Positions 37,250 to 46,164 of a stretch of 64,000 nucleotides of DNA are shown in pieces. The notes under the pieces were generated by a model. That model saw only the letters and a program-made list of their open reading frames with translations, was not told the DNA's origin and made no database searches. Position numbers and translations under genes: made by a program. Each line of letters begins with the position of its first letter. Position 1 is the first letter of the stretch. Origin of the DNA: an uncultured Ignavibacteria bacterium (GTDB taxonomy: Bacteria; Zixibacteria; MSB-5A5; CAIYYT01); assembly GCA_964537215.1 (NCBI GenBank), contig CAZIBI010000018.1, forward strand, positions 16,122 through 80,121. The letters run 5' to 3'.

Positions 37250-39403
37250 TCAGGCCGGTAAATCCGGTTCGTCGACCGCGGATTTGTTCGCCAGGGTCAG
37301 TTGCAATGACCACGATTCACCGGGGCCGAGTTCGAGCTTCCAGTGGGGAAGAACTATCGTGCCTTGCATGACCTTTTCGAATCCGCCCTCGGACAGCGAG
37401 ACGGTCCACAGAGGATGGGTCCAGATTGTCGCAGGCCGGCTGGAATTGATGCTCAACAGGAAGCGATAGAGACGGCTATACATTGCCAGTGAGGAGCGAG
37501 CGGCTAACTCGTGACCGGCGCCAAGAACGAGGCGGCCTTTTTCTGCGTCGATCAGGTAAGCCTCGGTATCCGGGAACGGGTAGCTGCCGATGCCGATTTC
37601 GATTCCGAAAACGACGGATAATTCAAGCGCGCTCTCGTTTTTCATTAGATAATCAGCAGTAAGGGAATCCTTAGACGATTCGAATTGCAGCGACTTGGTC
37701 AGTGCGACCTCGACCGGACCTTGCCACGAATTGACAGTATGACGCCGTGTCAGGACAATTGAAGCCGAGTTCTTTCCGGACGTGACTGCTGCGGAATAAG
37801 GTAGATCGGAGCCGCCGGACTCGGACTTGAGTTTGCCGCTTGCGAAATCGGCGGCGCTTGTGCTGTCGGCAAAGAAATGATCGACGAAGATCCCGCGGCG
37901 GGTTTTGTCTTCAATCAATAATTGCTCGAGGCCTTCTTCCTTGACCAGAACCAGGTCATGGATCGATTTCGTTTCGGCGCCGGTGTTTTCATGACGGTGA
38001 AGAAGCTTTTCGTGGTATCCTTCTTTGCGCCTGCCGACGATATCGACAAGGTTTTTGGCAATGCCGAAGTGGTCGAGTTCAAGAACTACGCCACCGAGTT
38101 GCGGCGCGATGATGGCTTTCAGGTCGGGTGTCGAAACCACGATCTCATCAGTGCCGTCGCAGTCGAAGTCAATCTGCTCGACCTGGACGCCCTTCTTGAG
38201 TGCGGGAGTCGCTGCCCGGATGCACGATTCGGCGGCGACGATTTCCTGATATAGCGCACCGCGCAAGTGGGGCAGATACAAGCCGCCAAACACGCCGTGC
38301 CAGTAAGGGCAGTTGCATTGTCCGGCGTAGAGAAGTTTGCGCGCCTGCTCGTAGACTGCGGGAGTCAATTTCTTCTGGCAGCGCTCGAGCAAATCGCTGA
38401 CATACAGCATGCGTTTATGCAGATTGTTGCTTTCGGTGTATTTGGTCTGGAAGTTGCGCCAAAAACCGCCTTTGACAAAAGGCTCGAACTGTTCGTAGAG
38501 CTTGGCATCTTTGAGACGGTGGACGAAATCGTTGTATTGTTCAATAGCTGAAACCGGCATCGCCCACTCGTTCATTTCGGAGTAGGAAGCGGTCGGCAAA
38601 TAGACGCGGCCGCGTGGGGGCACAGACGCCATCGCCTCGCTGAAAGTTATCATCTCGATCCAATCAAGATTGGAGCAAATCAGCTTGAGGAAACGCTCAA
38701 GCCAGCCATTGGTGAAGCAGTGTTCATAGGTCTTGGGCCAGACGCCGAACTTTTCGCCGTCATCGGCGTAGACGGCGATGCTGTCGCCCGACTCTGTGGA
38801 CATGGACCGCAAATAAGCCACGGTTTCTTCGGGATCGGCAAAGGGAATCGTGTAGCGCAGGCGTTTGGCGATAGGGAACAGCGCGGTCATGTAGCCCTGG
38901 TCTTCGGTGATGAAATAGCCGTCAAGCTGTGATTCCGCGAGCCCGGAATAGCGGAAATGGATGTCATCGAGAATCGTATAGGCGACGCCGGCTGCGGAAA
39001 GATGCTTGGGCAGTGACGGTTCCCAGACGCGCTCGGCCAGCCACATGCCGGTGGGACGGACGCCGAATTCCTTTTCGATGAAATCAGACTGCATGACGAT
39101 TTGGCCGACTTTGTCGCGGTCGGGGATTGCCGGCAAGATGGGTTCGTAGAAACCGCCAGTCAGCAGTTCAAGCTGGCCGCGGTCCAGCATCTTGCGGATC
39201 AAGTCAAAACAGTCGGGGTGATTCTGCTTGATCCAGTCATAGAGAATCCCCGTGAAATGGAGCGAAATGCGGAACTGCGGATATTTGTCCAGCAGTTGCA
39301 AGAACGGGAAATACGATTTGTGATACGCGTCTTCGATAACCCAGCCAAAGTTACCGACCGGCTGGTGATTATGTATCCCGAAGCAAAATTTGATCTTCTT
39401 CAA
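37250..39403 (-). CDS. Glycoside hydrolase family 57 protein (alpha-amylase / 4-alpha-glucanotransferase / branching-enzyme type) with C-terminal beta-sandwich domain
   Basis: GH57 hallmark N-terminus 'KIKFCFGIHNHQPVGNF'. The track start at 39418 is a TTG; an in-frame TTG at 39403 gives the canonical 'MKKIKF...' start. A GH57 catalytic region '...WLAERVW...' is present. About 715 aa. Confidence 0.85.
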   Translation of the reverse strand: MKKIKFCFGIHNHQPVGNFGWVIEDAYHKSYFPFLQLLDKYPQFRISLHFTGILYDWIKQNHPDCFDLIRKMLDRGQLELLTGGFYEPILPAIPDRDKVGQIVMQSDFIEKEFGVRPTGMWLAERVWEPSLPKHLSAAGVAYTILDDIHFRYSGLAESQLDGYFITEDQGYMTALFPIAKRLRYTIPFADPEETVAYLRSMSTESGDSIAVYADDGEKFGVWPKTYEHCFTNGWLERFLKLICSNLDWIEMITFSEAMASVPPRGRVYLPTASYSEMNEWAMPVSAIEQYNDFVHRLKDAKLYEQFEPFVKGGFWRNFQTKYTESNNLHKRMLYVSDLLERCQKKLTPAVYEQARKLLYAGQCNCPYWHGVFGGLYLPHLRGALYQEIVAAESCIRAATPALKKGVQVEQIDFDCDGTDEIVVSTPDLKAIIAPQLGGVVLELDHFGIAKNLVDIVGRRKEGYHEKLLHRHENTGAETKSIHDLVLVKEEGLEQLLIEDKTRRGIFVDHFFADSTSAADFASGKLKSESGGSDLPYSAAVTSGKNSASIVLTRRHTVNSWQGPVEVALTKSLQFESSKDSLTADYLMKNESALELSVVFGIEIGIGSYPFPDTEAYLIDAEKGRLVLGAGHELAARSSLAMYSRLYRFLLSINSSRPATIWTHPLWTVSLSEGGFEKVMQGTIVLPHWKLELGPGESWSLQLTLANKSAVDEPDLPA

Positions 39404-39518
39404 AACGCTGCCTTTCAACTACTGTCCAAGTCTTTGACCGCGAACACACTACGCTAATGATATCGGCTGCGAGCGCAAGGACATTTGCTTTTCGCGCCTG
39501 GCCGATAGAATAAAACTC

Positions 39519-39547
39519 TTGACGGATAATATCGACCACTGTAATCT
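39519..39547 (+). promoter_or_regulatory. Candidate sigma70-type promoter TTGACG-N17-TAATCT upstream of the Cys-rich peptide gene
   Basis: TTGACG at 39519-39524, TAATCT at 39542-39547, 17 nt spacer. About 38 nt upstream of the start at 39585. Confidence 0.4.
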
Positions 39548-39584
39548 TTAATCAACCATTCTTTACGTGGAGGGAGGTGAGACT

Positions 39585-39788
39585 GTGCGTAAAGTCCTTG
39601 GTATTCTCTTAATCGTTTTTGTCGCCGCATTTATTTTTGGCACCACCAGCCCGGCCGCCGATGCAGGTCCCTGTTATTACAAGTGTAGCTGCACGGGCGC
39701 TCCGCTGAAGTGTTGTGTCAACAACGGCGTCGAAACTTGCAAGCCGGCTGGCGGAGTTATTTACTGCCCGGCCATTATTACTTGCTAA
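39585..39788 (+). CDS. Small secreted cysteine-rich peptide precursor (predicted ~40 aa mature peptide with 8 Cys)
   Basis: GTG at 39585 lies 6 nt after a strong SD GGAGGGAGG; the track's GTG at 39567 lies inside the SD. Signal peptide 'MRKVLGILLIVFVAAFIFGTTSPAADA'. Mature 'GPCYYKCSCTGAPLKCCVNNGVETCKPAGGVIYCPAIITC' has Cys at 8 positions, consistent with 4 disulfides (knottin/defensin-like). Promoter-like element upstream. Confidence 0.55.
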   Translation: MRKVLGILLIVFVAAFIFGTTSPAADAGPCYYKCSCTGAPLKCCVNNGVETCKPAGGVIYCPAIITC

Positions 39789-39890
39789 CTGCAAGCCAGT
39801 GATCCCTTGGGATCATCGGATGCAAAACGCCCCACGGGAGCTCTGATGGAATTGGAGCTTCCGTGGGATTAATTTTGATGGAGTGGAATC

Positions 39891-40487
39891 GTGTTATCAG
39901 TTGCGAATGGCGGGAATGAAACCCGGAAGAAAATTCTTAAGAACATCGGTGTCGGTTTCCTAATCCTGCTGGTTGCGGGTGTAGGCGTGTATTTAGGCAT
40001 GTCGTTTCGGAGCATGCAAGTATCACAGAGCGGGGAATTTTTGCAGAGCGAGGGACCGTCATCAAAGCTGCAAGTCGGCAGCGTTTTTCCGGATCTGCAA
40101 TTGATGACGGCGGATTCGGGCCAAGTTCGCACTGGCGATTTTGTCGCGAACGACGGTTCGGTGTTCATATTCATGGAGACCGGTTGTCCGCCCTGCGAAA
40201 CGATGACACAGAAGTGGCAGGATCTGATTAATGAGGGCGAGATTGCGCGCGACCAGGTAGTCGGAATCAGTTTCGAGGCGCCGGCGCATGTTGCGACCTA
40301 TGCGAAGAAACGCGATCTTACTTTTCCAATCTATGCGGATACCGGCATGGTGTTCTTGCGGGATTATGGAGTGACGGATTATCCGTTGGTGGTCGTTGTC
40401 GGCAAGTCTGGAGCGATCAAGATGTATACCTTTGATGCGCGGGTTTCTTTTGTCGCAGATGAGCTCAAAAGGCAGATGGCGAATTAG
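39891..40487 (+). CDS. Membrane-anchored thioredoxin-fold thiol:disulfide oxidoreductase, TlpA/ResA-like (CPPC active site)
   Basis: GTG start after SD GGAGTGG. N-terminal TM anchor 'IGVGFLILLVAGVGVYLGM'. 'GSVFIFMETGCPPCETMTQKW' is a CxxC redoxin motif in a TlpA-like context. 198 aa. Confidence 0.75.
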   Translation: MLSVANGGNETRKKILKNIGVGFLILLVAGVGVYLGMSFRSMQVSQSGEFLQSEGPSSKLQVGSVFPDLQLMTADSGQVRTGDFVANDGSVFIFMETGCPPCETMTQKWQDLINEGEIARDQVVGISFEAPAHVATYAKKRDLTFPIYADTGMVFLRDYGVTDYPLVVVVGKSGAIKMYTFDARVSFVADELKRQMAN

Positions 40488-40696
40488 ACTGAGCTTCAGA
40501 AATTGCACAAATTTCAATGGTTGAACATTAACTAGTCCAAGAATGGCGACGCGACAACTTTGCTACACTCAGTAGTTATTGATGTGGTGGGTCTTAGCGA
40601 AGCGATTTTTCCCGTCCGCCGGGCACGATTTCTGCAAACTTAAATGCGGATAACCACGATTTGCCGATTTCCCCTATTCCTAATTTGGAGCTAAAA

Positions 40697-41026
40697 ATGT
40701 TCACACTGCGAACTCTCTTGCGCCCGCATCATTTGTTGTCGCTGGCATCTTTGACGTTATTTGTCATCGCCATAAGTTTGGATCACGGACAGACCGCGCC
40801 GGACAAAACAGAATATCTTGGCAACGAAACGAATTTCCATCAGCCGTTCGAGTCCAGGTCCACGATTGGCGGTGACGGAGTCGCTGGGAAATTTTCTACT
40901 TCAGCCGGCAAGGATTGGATAAGTCTGCCCTATTCATATCAAGGGCCAAGCCGGCTGTTGCTCGAGCAATCTGAAATCGGTGCTATCCTGCAGTCTTGGG
41001 TCGTACAGCAAGCAGACCCTGTTTGA
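40697..41026 (+). CDS. Hypothetical small exported protein
   Basis: SD GGAG 6 nt before the ATG at 40697. Hydrophobic N-terminus 'LLSLASLTLFVIAISL'. Its 3' end overlaps the convergent lipoprotein gene by 44 nt, so the end or the reality of this ORF is uncertain. Confidence 0.3.
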   Translation: MFTLRTLLRPHHLLSLASLTLFVIAISLDHGQTAPDKTEYLGNETNFHQPFESRSTIGGDGVAGKFSTSAGKDWISLPYSYQGPSRLLLEQSEIGAILQSWVVQQADPV

Positions 41027-41645
41027 CGAGATCTTTGATTACCTCGGAAACGTAGGAGCCGATAGCGGATTCGATGTCGCCGTCGTAAGCCGTCTGGGAC
41101 TGACCTTGCCAGACGAGATGGTCCGTGCTATTGGCGAAGAGATTGGTTTGCGTCGAATAAACAACACCAGCAGTCTGCCAATAGCCTCCCTCGGTAACGC
41201 GGGAGAATTGCTTTTCATTGAACGCGTTTTCATAGACATTGAAATAGGTCGTCTCTGGGACATACTCCTGAACATCGGTCTCGCCGGTTTGGCGAATGAT
41301 CATGATCGCATCAATGCCGAGGCTGTCAAAGCTTGATTCCAGTTGCTCGCGTGAACGCTTGTCGGTCGCGGAAATCACCTGCAGACTGGATATCGCGTCG
41401 ATTCCATTATCCTTGAATCTCGCGACTACCGCTTCCTCCAACTGTTGGCGCAAGGTGAGGTCATCGTGGCGCATGAGGACAAAGACCTTCTTGAAGCCGG
41501 TTGATTGGTATTTTGGATCGCGCCAGCTGCGTAACTGTGATTGAGACGAACAGGACGAAGCCAACGACGCAAGTGCCGCAAGCAAGATGAATGCTGACAC
41601 GATGAGTACTGTGGATCGGGAGAAGTTCCCTATCAACTTAAACAT
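40983..41645 (-). CDS. Lipoprotein, function unknown
   Basis: SD GGAGG 6 nt upstream. Lipobox 'LASSCSS'. 220 aa. Confidence 0.5.
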   Translation of the reverse strand: MFKLIGNFSRSTVLIVSAFILLAALASLASSCSSQSQLRSWRDPKYQSTGFKKVFVLMRHDDLTLRQQLEEAVVARFKDNGIDAISSLQVISATDKRSREQLESSFDSLGIDAIMIIRQTGETDVQEYVPETTYFNVYENAFNEKQFSRVTEGGYWQTAGVVYSTQTNLFANSTDHLVWQGQSQTAYDGDIESAIGSYVSEVIKDLVKQGLLAVRPKTAG

Positions 41646-41817
41646 AGTTTGCCTCCATGGTCATTAGTGTGCCCAAGGAGCAAAATTTGTTACAAATCGT
41701 GCTCCGATAGTTGTACGGCACCGCTCCAATGGCGGGGCAAGCAATTATCGGAAAAATCTGAATTCCTTGAGCGAAATTCGGTAGACGAAAACTCGCAAAC
41801 GACCGTAACTTGTCTGT

Positions 41818-42363
41818 ATGAGACTACCGGACTACAGAAGTATGGTCGAAGCCATGATGGCGAAGGACCCGGATTTTGACGGGAAATTCTACGTCGGCGT
41901 ACACTCGACCGGTATTTATTGCCTGCCGTCATGCAAGGCACGCAAGCCGCTTTTGAAGAACGTCAAGTTTTATCCAACGCGCGAGGAAGCCATTGCAGCT
42001 GGGCTCCGCAGTTGCAAACGCTGTGCGGCGGAGCGGTATCCGGATTATCTGCCGGAGTGGCTGCACCGGGTACTGCGGCATATGCGCGAACACAAACAGG
42101 ATCGGTTGAACGAGATTGCGCTGATCAAATTGAGCGGCGTCGATATCTCGACGATTCGCCGTTACTTCAAATACCACCTTGATGCTACACCGTTGAGTTT
42201 TCATCGCCGTATTCGCCTGAATTTTGCACGCGAGCTAATCGAGCAGGGAGAGGATTATCTCTCGGCTTGTTATGAGTGCGGGTATGAATCGGCCTCCGGT
42301 TTTCGCGAGGCTTTCACCAAACAATTCGGCAAACCGCCGGGAGCATTTTATGAACGAAACTAA
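41818..42363 (+). CDS. adaA: Ada-type regulatory protein: N-terminal methylphosphotriester-DNA methyltransferase zinc domain plus AraC-type HTH (AdaA-like)
   Basis: 'FYVGVHSTGIYCLPSCKARKP...CKRCAAERYP' is the Ada Zn(Cys)4 domain. C-terminal 'ISTIRRYFKYHLDATPLSFHRRIRLNFARELIEQGE...ACYECGYESASGFREAFTKQFG' is an AraC HTH. Confidence 0.8.
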   Translation: MRLPDYRSMVEAMMAKDPDFDGKFYVGVHSTGIYCLPSCKARKPLLKNVKFYPTREEAIAAGLRSCKRCAAERYPDYLPEWLHRVLRHMREHKQDRLNEIALIKLSGVDISTIRRYFKYHLDATPLSFHRRIRLNFARELIEQGEDYLSACYECGYESASGFREAFTKQFGKPPGAFYERN

Positions 42364-42916
42364 GATCACATTTGCGAATTTGGACAGCCCGGTTGGCGAG
42401 ATGATAGCCGGCGCGACCGAGGAAGGCGTGTGCTTTCTCGAGTGGCACGATCGCGGGGGCGTGGAGAGAATCAAGCAGCGCGTAATCAAGCGCTACCGCG
42501 CTACGCTCGAAGAGGGATGGAATAAGCATCTTGAGCTTCTGAAGTCGGAGCTTGCGGACTATTTCAAGGGAACGCTCAAGAAGTTCACGGTGCCGGTTTT
42601 TGTCAAGGGGACGGAATTCGAAATGCGCGACTGGGATGCGCTTCTGAAAATACCCTATGGGAAAACGATTTCGTATGGTGAATTGGCGCGACGGCTCGGC
42701 AATGCGAACGCTTCGCGCGCAGTCGGCCGGGCGAACGGCGCGAATTACTTGTCGATTGTCATTCCCTGTCATCGCGTGATTGAGTCGACGGGAAAACTTC
42801 GCGGCTACGGCGGCGGACTCTGGAGAAAGCAGTACTTGCTGAATCTCGAAGCAGGGACGGCGCCGGAGACATTAGCTGGAATCATGGATTCGGCGCTAGT
42901 GGGAAAGAGCTCCTAA
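42350..42916 (+). CDS. ogt: Methylated-DNA--protein-cysteine S-methyltransferase (O6-alkylguanine-DNA alkyltransferase)
   Basis: Active site 'IPCHRVI'. 'TISYGELARRLGNANASRAVGRANGAN' is the HTH of Ogt. Overlaps the adaA stop by 14 nt. Confidence 0.9.
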   Translation: MNETKITFANLDSPVGEMIAGATEEGVCFLEWHDRGGVERIKQRVIKRYRATLEEGWNKHLELLKSELADYFKGTLKKFTVPVFVKGTEFEMRDWDALLKIPYGKTISYGELARRLGNANASRAVGRANGANYLSIVIPCHRVIESTGKLRGYGGGLWRKQYLLNLEAGTAPETLAGIMDSALVGKSS

Positions 42917-42945
42917 GCGCGACTGATCAAATCAAAGCGAATTGA

Positions 42946-43407
42946 TCAACTTATCGACTTCTTAAGGAGGGCAATCTGCCCGGCGTGGTAGACGCAGTGC
43001 TGAATCATGCCGTGGAGAACGAAGTACAAGTCGTAACCGCGGGCGGGCAATTCGACAAACAGCTCGGATTCGGAGGTAGCATCGATAACCTGCTGGAATT
43101 CGCGGTGGGCTCGTTTCAGGTCGGCGATTGCGGCGGTCCAGCCCTTGGCGGAAGGATCGGCGATTGGCGGCCAATCTAGGCTGCGGGTGAGTTCGGGGTC
43201 TTCGCCCTCGAACCGGGTCTTCATAATGCGGAACCACGATGTGACATGCAGGGTGATTTCCCACGCGCTGTGTGCGGATGGAATTGGTTTTGCCAGCGCG
43301 GTTTTGGCATCGAATCCGTCGAGAGCCTCAAGAACGGCCGGTCCATGCCAGGCGTCGCCATAGAGTGCACGCTTGAGTTGATCGGTGATTCTGGTGATTT
43401 CAGACAT
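42946..43407 (-). CDS. DinB/YfiT-like (DinB_2) family metal-dependent protein
   Basis: 153 aa. Four-helix bundle with His triad context: 'AHSAWEITLHVTSW' and 'LHGMIQHCVYHAGQIALL'. SD GGAGAT upstream. Confidence 0.75.
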   Translation of the reverse strand: MSEITRITDQLKRALYGDAWHGPAVLEALDGFDAKTALAKPIPSAHSAWEITLHVTSWFRIMKTRFEGEDPELTRSLDWPPIADPSAKGWTAAIADLKRAHREFQQVIDATSESELFVELPARGYDLYFVLHGMIQHCVYHAGQIALLKKSIS

Positions 43408-43505
43408 GAAGTATCTCCGGCGAAATCAGTAGGAGGTTGAGCATAACTACAGTTGTACTGGCGGAGAATCACTTTTTGATGGCGGAAAAATTTGCGGCGC
43501 GAAAA

Positions 43506-43772
43506 CTACCCTGCGTGTTTTGCCCAGTAGTCGCTGGAAGTGAGAACGGGGATGACTTCGAAGTCGACAAGATCGCTCCAGCGGCTGATCCAAATGTCCA
43601 ATAGTTCGCGCGAATCGGATTCCATGATCTGATAGCAGGACGCGCCGTTGGATTCCATCCAGCTGGCGACATACACGACGCCCTCGGGCATCATGCGGCC
43701 TTTGGTCTTGAAGCGTTCGCCGACGAGTTTGGTGTTACCGGGGCGAAATTTTTCGATGACCATAAATAGCAT
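43506..43772 (-). CDS. DUF3303 family protein
   Basis: 88 aa. 'MLFMVIEKFRPGNTKLVGERFKTKGRMMPEGVVYVASWMESNGASCYQIMESDSRELLDIWISRWSDLVDFEVIPV' matches the DUF3303 pattern (MLFMVIE...RGRMLPEGL.Y..SW.......CFQLME...........W.DL.DFEIVPV). Confidence 0.65.
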   Translation of the reverse strand: MLFMVIEKFRPGNTKLVGERFKTKGRMMPEGVVYVASWMESNGASCYQIMESDSRELLDIWISRWSDLVDFEVIPVLTSSDYWAKHAG

Positions 43773-43812
43773 TGGTGCGGATAATCCTCAAGATTGAATA
43801 TTGAAAAAGCCA

Positions 43813-45219
43813 CTAGTTCTGAATTTCTGCGGTGCGGATCGAATCTGGCGCGATCAGTTGCTCGACGGCGGTGCCGATCAGCGTGTTCGGCGTGACCTCT
43901 TCGATTTTGACTTGGGCGAAATCGCCGGGTTTGGCGCCGGTGTCGGGGAAGACGACGATCTTGTTGCCGTCGTTGCGGCCAAGGAGTTGCTTGGGTTTCT
44001 TGCCGTATCCTTCGACCATGACGTTGAAGGTCTCGCCGAGATGGCGTTGATTGCGATGATAGGCGATGTGACGTTGCTGGTCGACGAGCCGAACAATGCG
44101 GTCGGTCTTGATTTCTTCGGAGATGTCGTCGGGAATCGTCCTTGAAGCCATCGTCTCTTTGCGCTCGGAATACTTGAACATAAACGCCGAATCGAACTGG
44201 ACCTCCTGCATGACATCCATCGTCTCCTGAAACTCAGCTTCAGTCTCGGTGGGAAATCCGACGATGACATCGGTTGTCAGTACGAGTCCCGGAATCAATT
44301 CACGCATGCGATTGGCGAGGGCGACGAAATACTCGCGGGTGTAGGTGCGGTTCATCGCATCAAGAACGCGGTTGGAGCCGGCTTGCAGCGGCAGATGAAT
44401 ATGCTTGCAGGCTTTCGGATTAGTGGCAACGACCTCGAGTAGCGACTCGGGGAAATCTTTCGGGTGCGGCGAGGTGAAGCGAATACGCTCGATGCCGTCG
44501 ACGCGGCTGATCGCGGTGATCAATTTGGCGAAATCGAAGCCCTTGAATTTGTAGGAATTGACATTCTGGCCAAGCAGGGTGACTTGCTTGAATCCGTGAC
44601 CGGCGAGCTGCTTGACCTCCTCGATGACATTGAACGGGTCGCGGCTGCGTTCGCGGCCGCGCGTCATCGGGACGACACAGAAAGTGCAGTAGTTGTCGCA
44701 GCCGCGCATGACGGCAATCCATGCGTTGGTGCCGTGGCGGTTGGTCGGGAAAACGTCGGCGTAGGTTTCGTACTCGGAAAGCGTGAGTTTGAACTCGCGT
44801 TCGCCGGTGTTATGGACGCGGTCGATCATCACCGGAAGCGCTTTATAGGAATCAGGTCCGGCGATCAGGTCGACGCCGGTATTGTCTTCGAGTAGTTCCT
44901 TCTTGAGGTTTTGCGCCATACAACCGAGCACGCCGAGGATCATGCCCTTGTTGAGCTTCTTGATCTGGCGCAGTTCGCCAATGCGCGAACGGATTTTGTC
45001 GTGGGCGTTTTCGCGAATGGCGCAAGTGTTGAGCAAGACGACGCCGGCGCGCTCGACCGATTCGGCGAGGACGAAATCGTTGCGGCGGAGAATTTCGCGC
45101 ACGATTTCGGAGTCGTACTCGTTCATTTGACAGCCATAAGTTTCGACGAAGACGGTTTTGTGCCGCGTCGAATTATCGGTTGCCGGATTACTGTTGCCGT
45201 TTGTCAGTGGCTTGTCCAT
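43813..45219 (-). CDS. miaB: tRNA-2-methylthio-N6-dimethylallyladenosine synthase (radical SAM methylthiotransferase)
   Basis: MiaB-specific UPF0004 motif 'TYGCQMNEYDSE'. Radical SAM 'CDNYCTFCVVP'. C-terminal TRAM domain. 468 aa. SD GAGGAA upstream. Confidence 0.95.
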   Translation of the reverse strand: MDKPLTNGNSNPATDNSTRHKTVFVETYGCQMNEYDSEIVREILRRNDFVLAESVERAGVVLLNTCAIRENAHDKIRSRIGELRQIKKLNKGMILGVLGCMAQNLKKELLEDNTGVDLIAGPDSYKALPVMIDRVHNTGEREFKLTLSEYETYADVFPTNRHGTNAWIAVMRGCDNYCTFCVVPMTRGRERSRDPFNVIEEVKQLAGHGFKQVTLLGQNVNSYKFKGFDFAKLITAISRVDGIERIRFTSPHPKDFPESLLEVVATNPKACKHIHLPLQAGSNRVLDAMNRTYTREYFVALANRMRELIPGLVLTTDVIVGFPTETEAEFQETMDVMQEVQFDSAFMFKYSERKETMASRTIPDDISEEIKTDRIVRLVDQQRHIAYHRNQRHLGETFNVMVEGYGKKPKQLLGRNDGNKIVVFPDTGAKPGDFAQVKIEEVTPNTLIGTAVEQLIAPDSIRTAEIQN

Positions 45220-45291
45220 CGCGATTCCTCAAATAATCAACACGGGCGCAAGACTATGCGCCCGTGGATCGAATATAGCATTTCTGCCGGA

Positions 45292-45600
45292 TTAGTCAAT
45301 CAGCAGCTTTTTGGCGACGAGATAGGGGATCAGGATATAGATCACGCCGTCGCGGATCAGATAGTAGATGCAGATTGCGACCAGGAGCTTCCAGCCGTAC
45401 CGCTTGAACAGATGGCGGCAGCGGAGCTTGACCTTGCCCCAGCGAGTTAGTCCCTCGCTGCCTTCCAAGGGAGCGCGCAGGTCGTGCTTGAACTGCTTGA
45501 GAAATCCCTTGAGCCGGCGCCAGAGCGAAGGCTTGGGCGCGGCTACGCTATCGGCGACGACATCAGTCGAACTGGTATCATTAAGTCGCGAAGACTTCAT
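45292..45600 (-). CDS. Hypothetical small membrane protein
   Basis: 102 aa. C-terminal hydrophobic helix 'LLVAICIYYLIRDGVIYILIPYLV'. No recognisable domain. Overlaps the upstream gene by 20 nt. Confidence 0.3.
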   Translation of the reverse strand: MKSSRLNDTSSTDVVADSVAAPKPSLWRRLKGFLKQFKHDLRAPLEGSEGLTRWGKVKLRCRHLFKRYGWKLLVAICIYYLIRDGVIYILIPYLVAKKLLID

Positions 45601-45886
45601 ATTTCTCGACTTTGGAAGTCAGGACGATCTTGCCGTCGGGGCCTTTGAATTCGCCGACGCGGCGGTGGCCCTCGATGTACTCGGGGCTCTTGGTCCAGCC
45701 TTCAAAGGCGGATTCGGATTCCCAGTGAGTCATTACGATATATTCATTGCCCTGTGTAGGCTTAAGGATTTCAGCTTTAATAAATCCGGGCCTGCGATCA
45801 ACGGCGCCGGCGCGGGTGGCGAACATGTGCTCGAATTTTTCGCGGTATTCATCCGGTACCGACATCCGGTTCATCATAACAAACAC
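45581..45886 (-). CDS. ABM-domain (antibiotic biosynthesis monooxygenase fold) protein, possibly IsdG/HmoB-type heme-degrading monooxygenase
   Basis: 101 aa. GTG start 8 nt after SD GGAGG. Residues N6, W64 and H74 match the spacing of the IsdG catalytic triad (N7, W67, H77). Confidence 0.6.
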   Translation of the reverse strand: MFVMMNRMSVPDEYREKFEHMFATRAGAVDRRPGFIKAEILKPTQGNEYIVMTHWESESAFEGWTKSPEYIEGHRRVGEFKGPDGKIVLTSKVEKYEVFAT

Positions 45887-46164
45887 TAAATACCTCCGAG
45901 GGAATAACGACTAAGTTCATCCATCAGTTCCACAATCCTGACTGGATTGGTCAAGATAGGAATTTGGGGGTGCGTGTCAACGGAAAAAGGGACCGGTGTG
46001 GCGTCTCTGGTAGAGCTTCAATTGAAAGTCCCGCAGCGCCGCTGGTTTACATTGTCTTGCGGGCATGTTATCGGACCGACTGGCGAAATTTATGGTACCT
46101 CAATTCCGATTGAGTAGTTACTATTAGCTAGGGTAAGATTCAGGAAATCTTCATAGTTGATTAT

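Noticed and set aside
45960-46045. tRNA-like fragment (contains TGGTAGAGC D-loop-like string) in the ABM / ECF-sigma intergenic region
   Set aside because: No acceptor stem pairing, no 7 nt anticodon loop (TTCAA/TTGAA pair without loop), no GTTCRANYC T-loop. Not a tRNA.
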